64,000 nucleotides of DNA from Prochlorococcus sp. AG-686-M10 (lineage in GTDB: Bacteria; Cyanobacteriota; Cyanobacteriia; PCC-6307; Cyanobiaceae), in assembly GCA_003210275.1 (NCBI GenBank), contig QCVU01000001.1:643-64642 (forward strand). Direction: 5' to 3'. The notes under the pieces are model-generated. The model had not been told where the DNA came from. It saw nothing but the letters and a program-made list of their open reading frames with translations, and did no database searches. Shown piece after piece: positions 63,870 to 64,000 of this stretch. Position 1 is the first letter of the stretch. Each line of letters opens with the position of its first letter. Both the position numbers and the translations under genes were made by a program.

Positions 63870-64000
63870 TTTGTTGAATTTTTTGTAAATCAGGATTTAT
63901 ATTTTTAATTTTTTCATTTGTGATAGTCGTTTAATAATATCCTCTATTGTTTTTACATCTACAGGTTTACTAAATGAAGACGATAGCTGTCTACCTAATA

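Overview
AT-rich chromosome segment with the gene content and order of a high-light Prochlorococcus, spanning the replication origin. Positions 1-46545 are core genome: sps, uvrA, recN, ABC1 kinase, thrC, oriC, dnaN, purL, purF, topoisomerase subunit A, queG, nusB, ftsY, argH, grpE-dnaJ, murB/murC, gap2, efp, accB, pdxA, cbiD and guaA. Immediately after guaA lies a ~14 kb accessory island (46546 to ~60300), followed by a PD-(D/E)XK nuclease gene, a membrane protein gene and mrdA (PBP2). The island is a tandem stack of at least three integrase-less cassettes. The junctions are marked by three copies of the guaA 3' end (all encoding GTIEWE-stop, differing only at synonymous positions), cassette-specific tandem 11-bp repeats, and an exactly spaced 40-bp palindrome-containing box. 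Cassette 1 carries a solo mreB, a murA fused to a membrane domain across an A10 run, a lipoprotein, an RHH regulator with 10-bp operator-like triplets, two unknown paralogues and a sulfotransferase. Cassette 2 is a single TPR-sulfotransferase gene. Cassette 3 and the region beyond are decayed (AspBHI/Mrr-like pseudogene, DUF1651-like pseudogene) and contain adjacent Yfr1-motif and Yfr2-family sRNAs, a third candidate sRNA and a CP12-tail mini-protein. All family assignments come from motif recognition; no searches were run.
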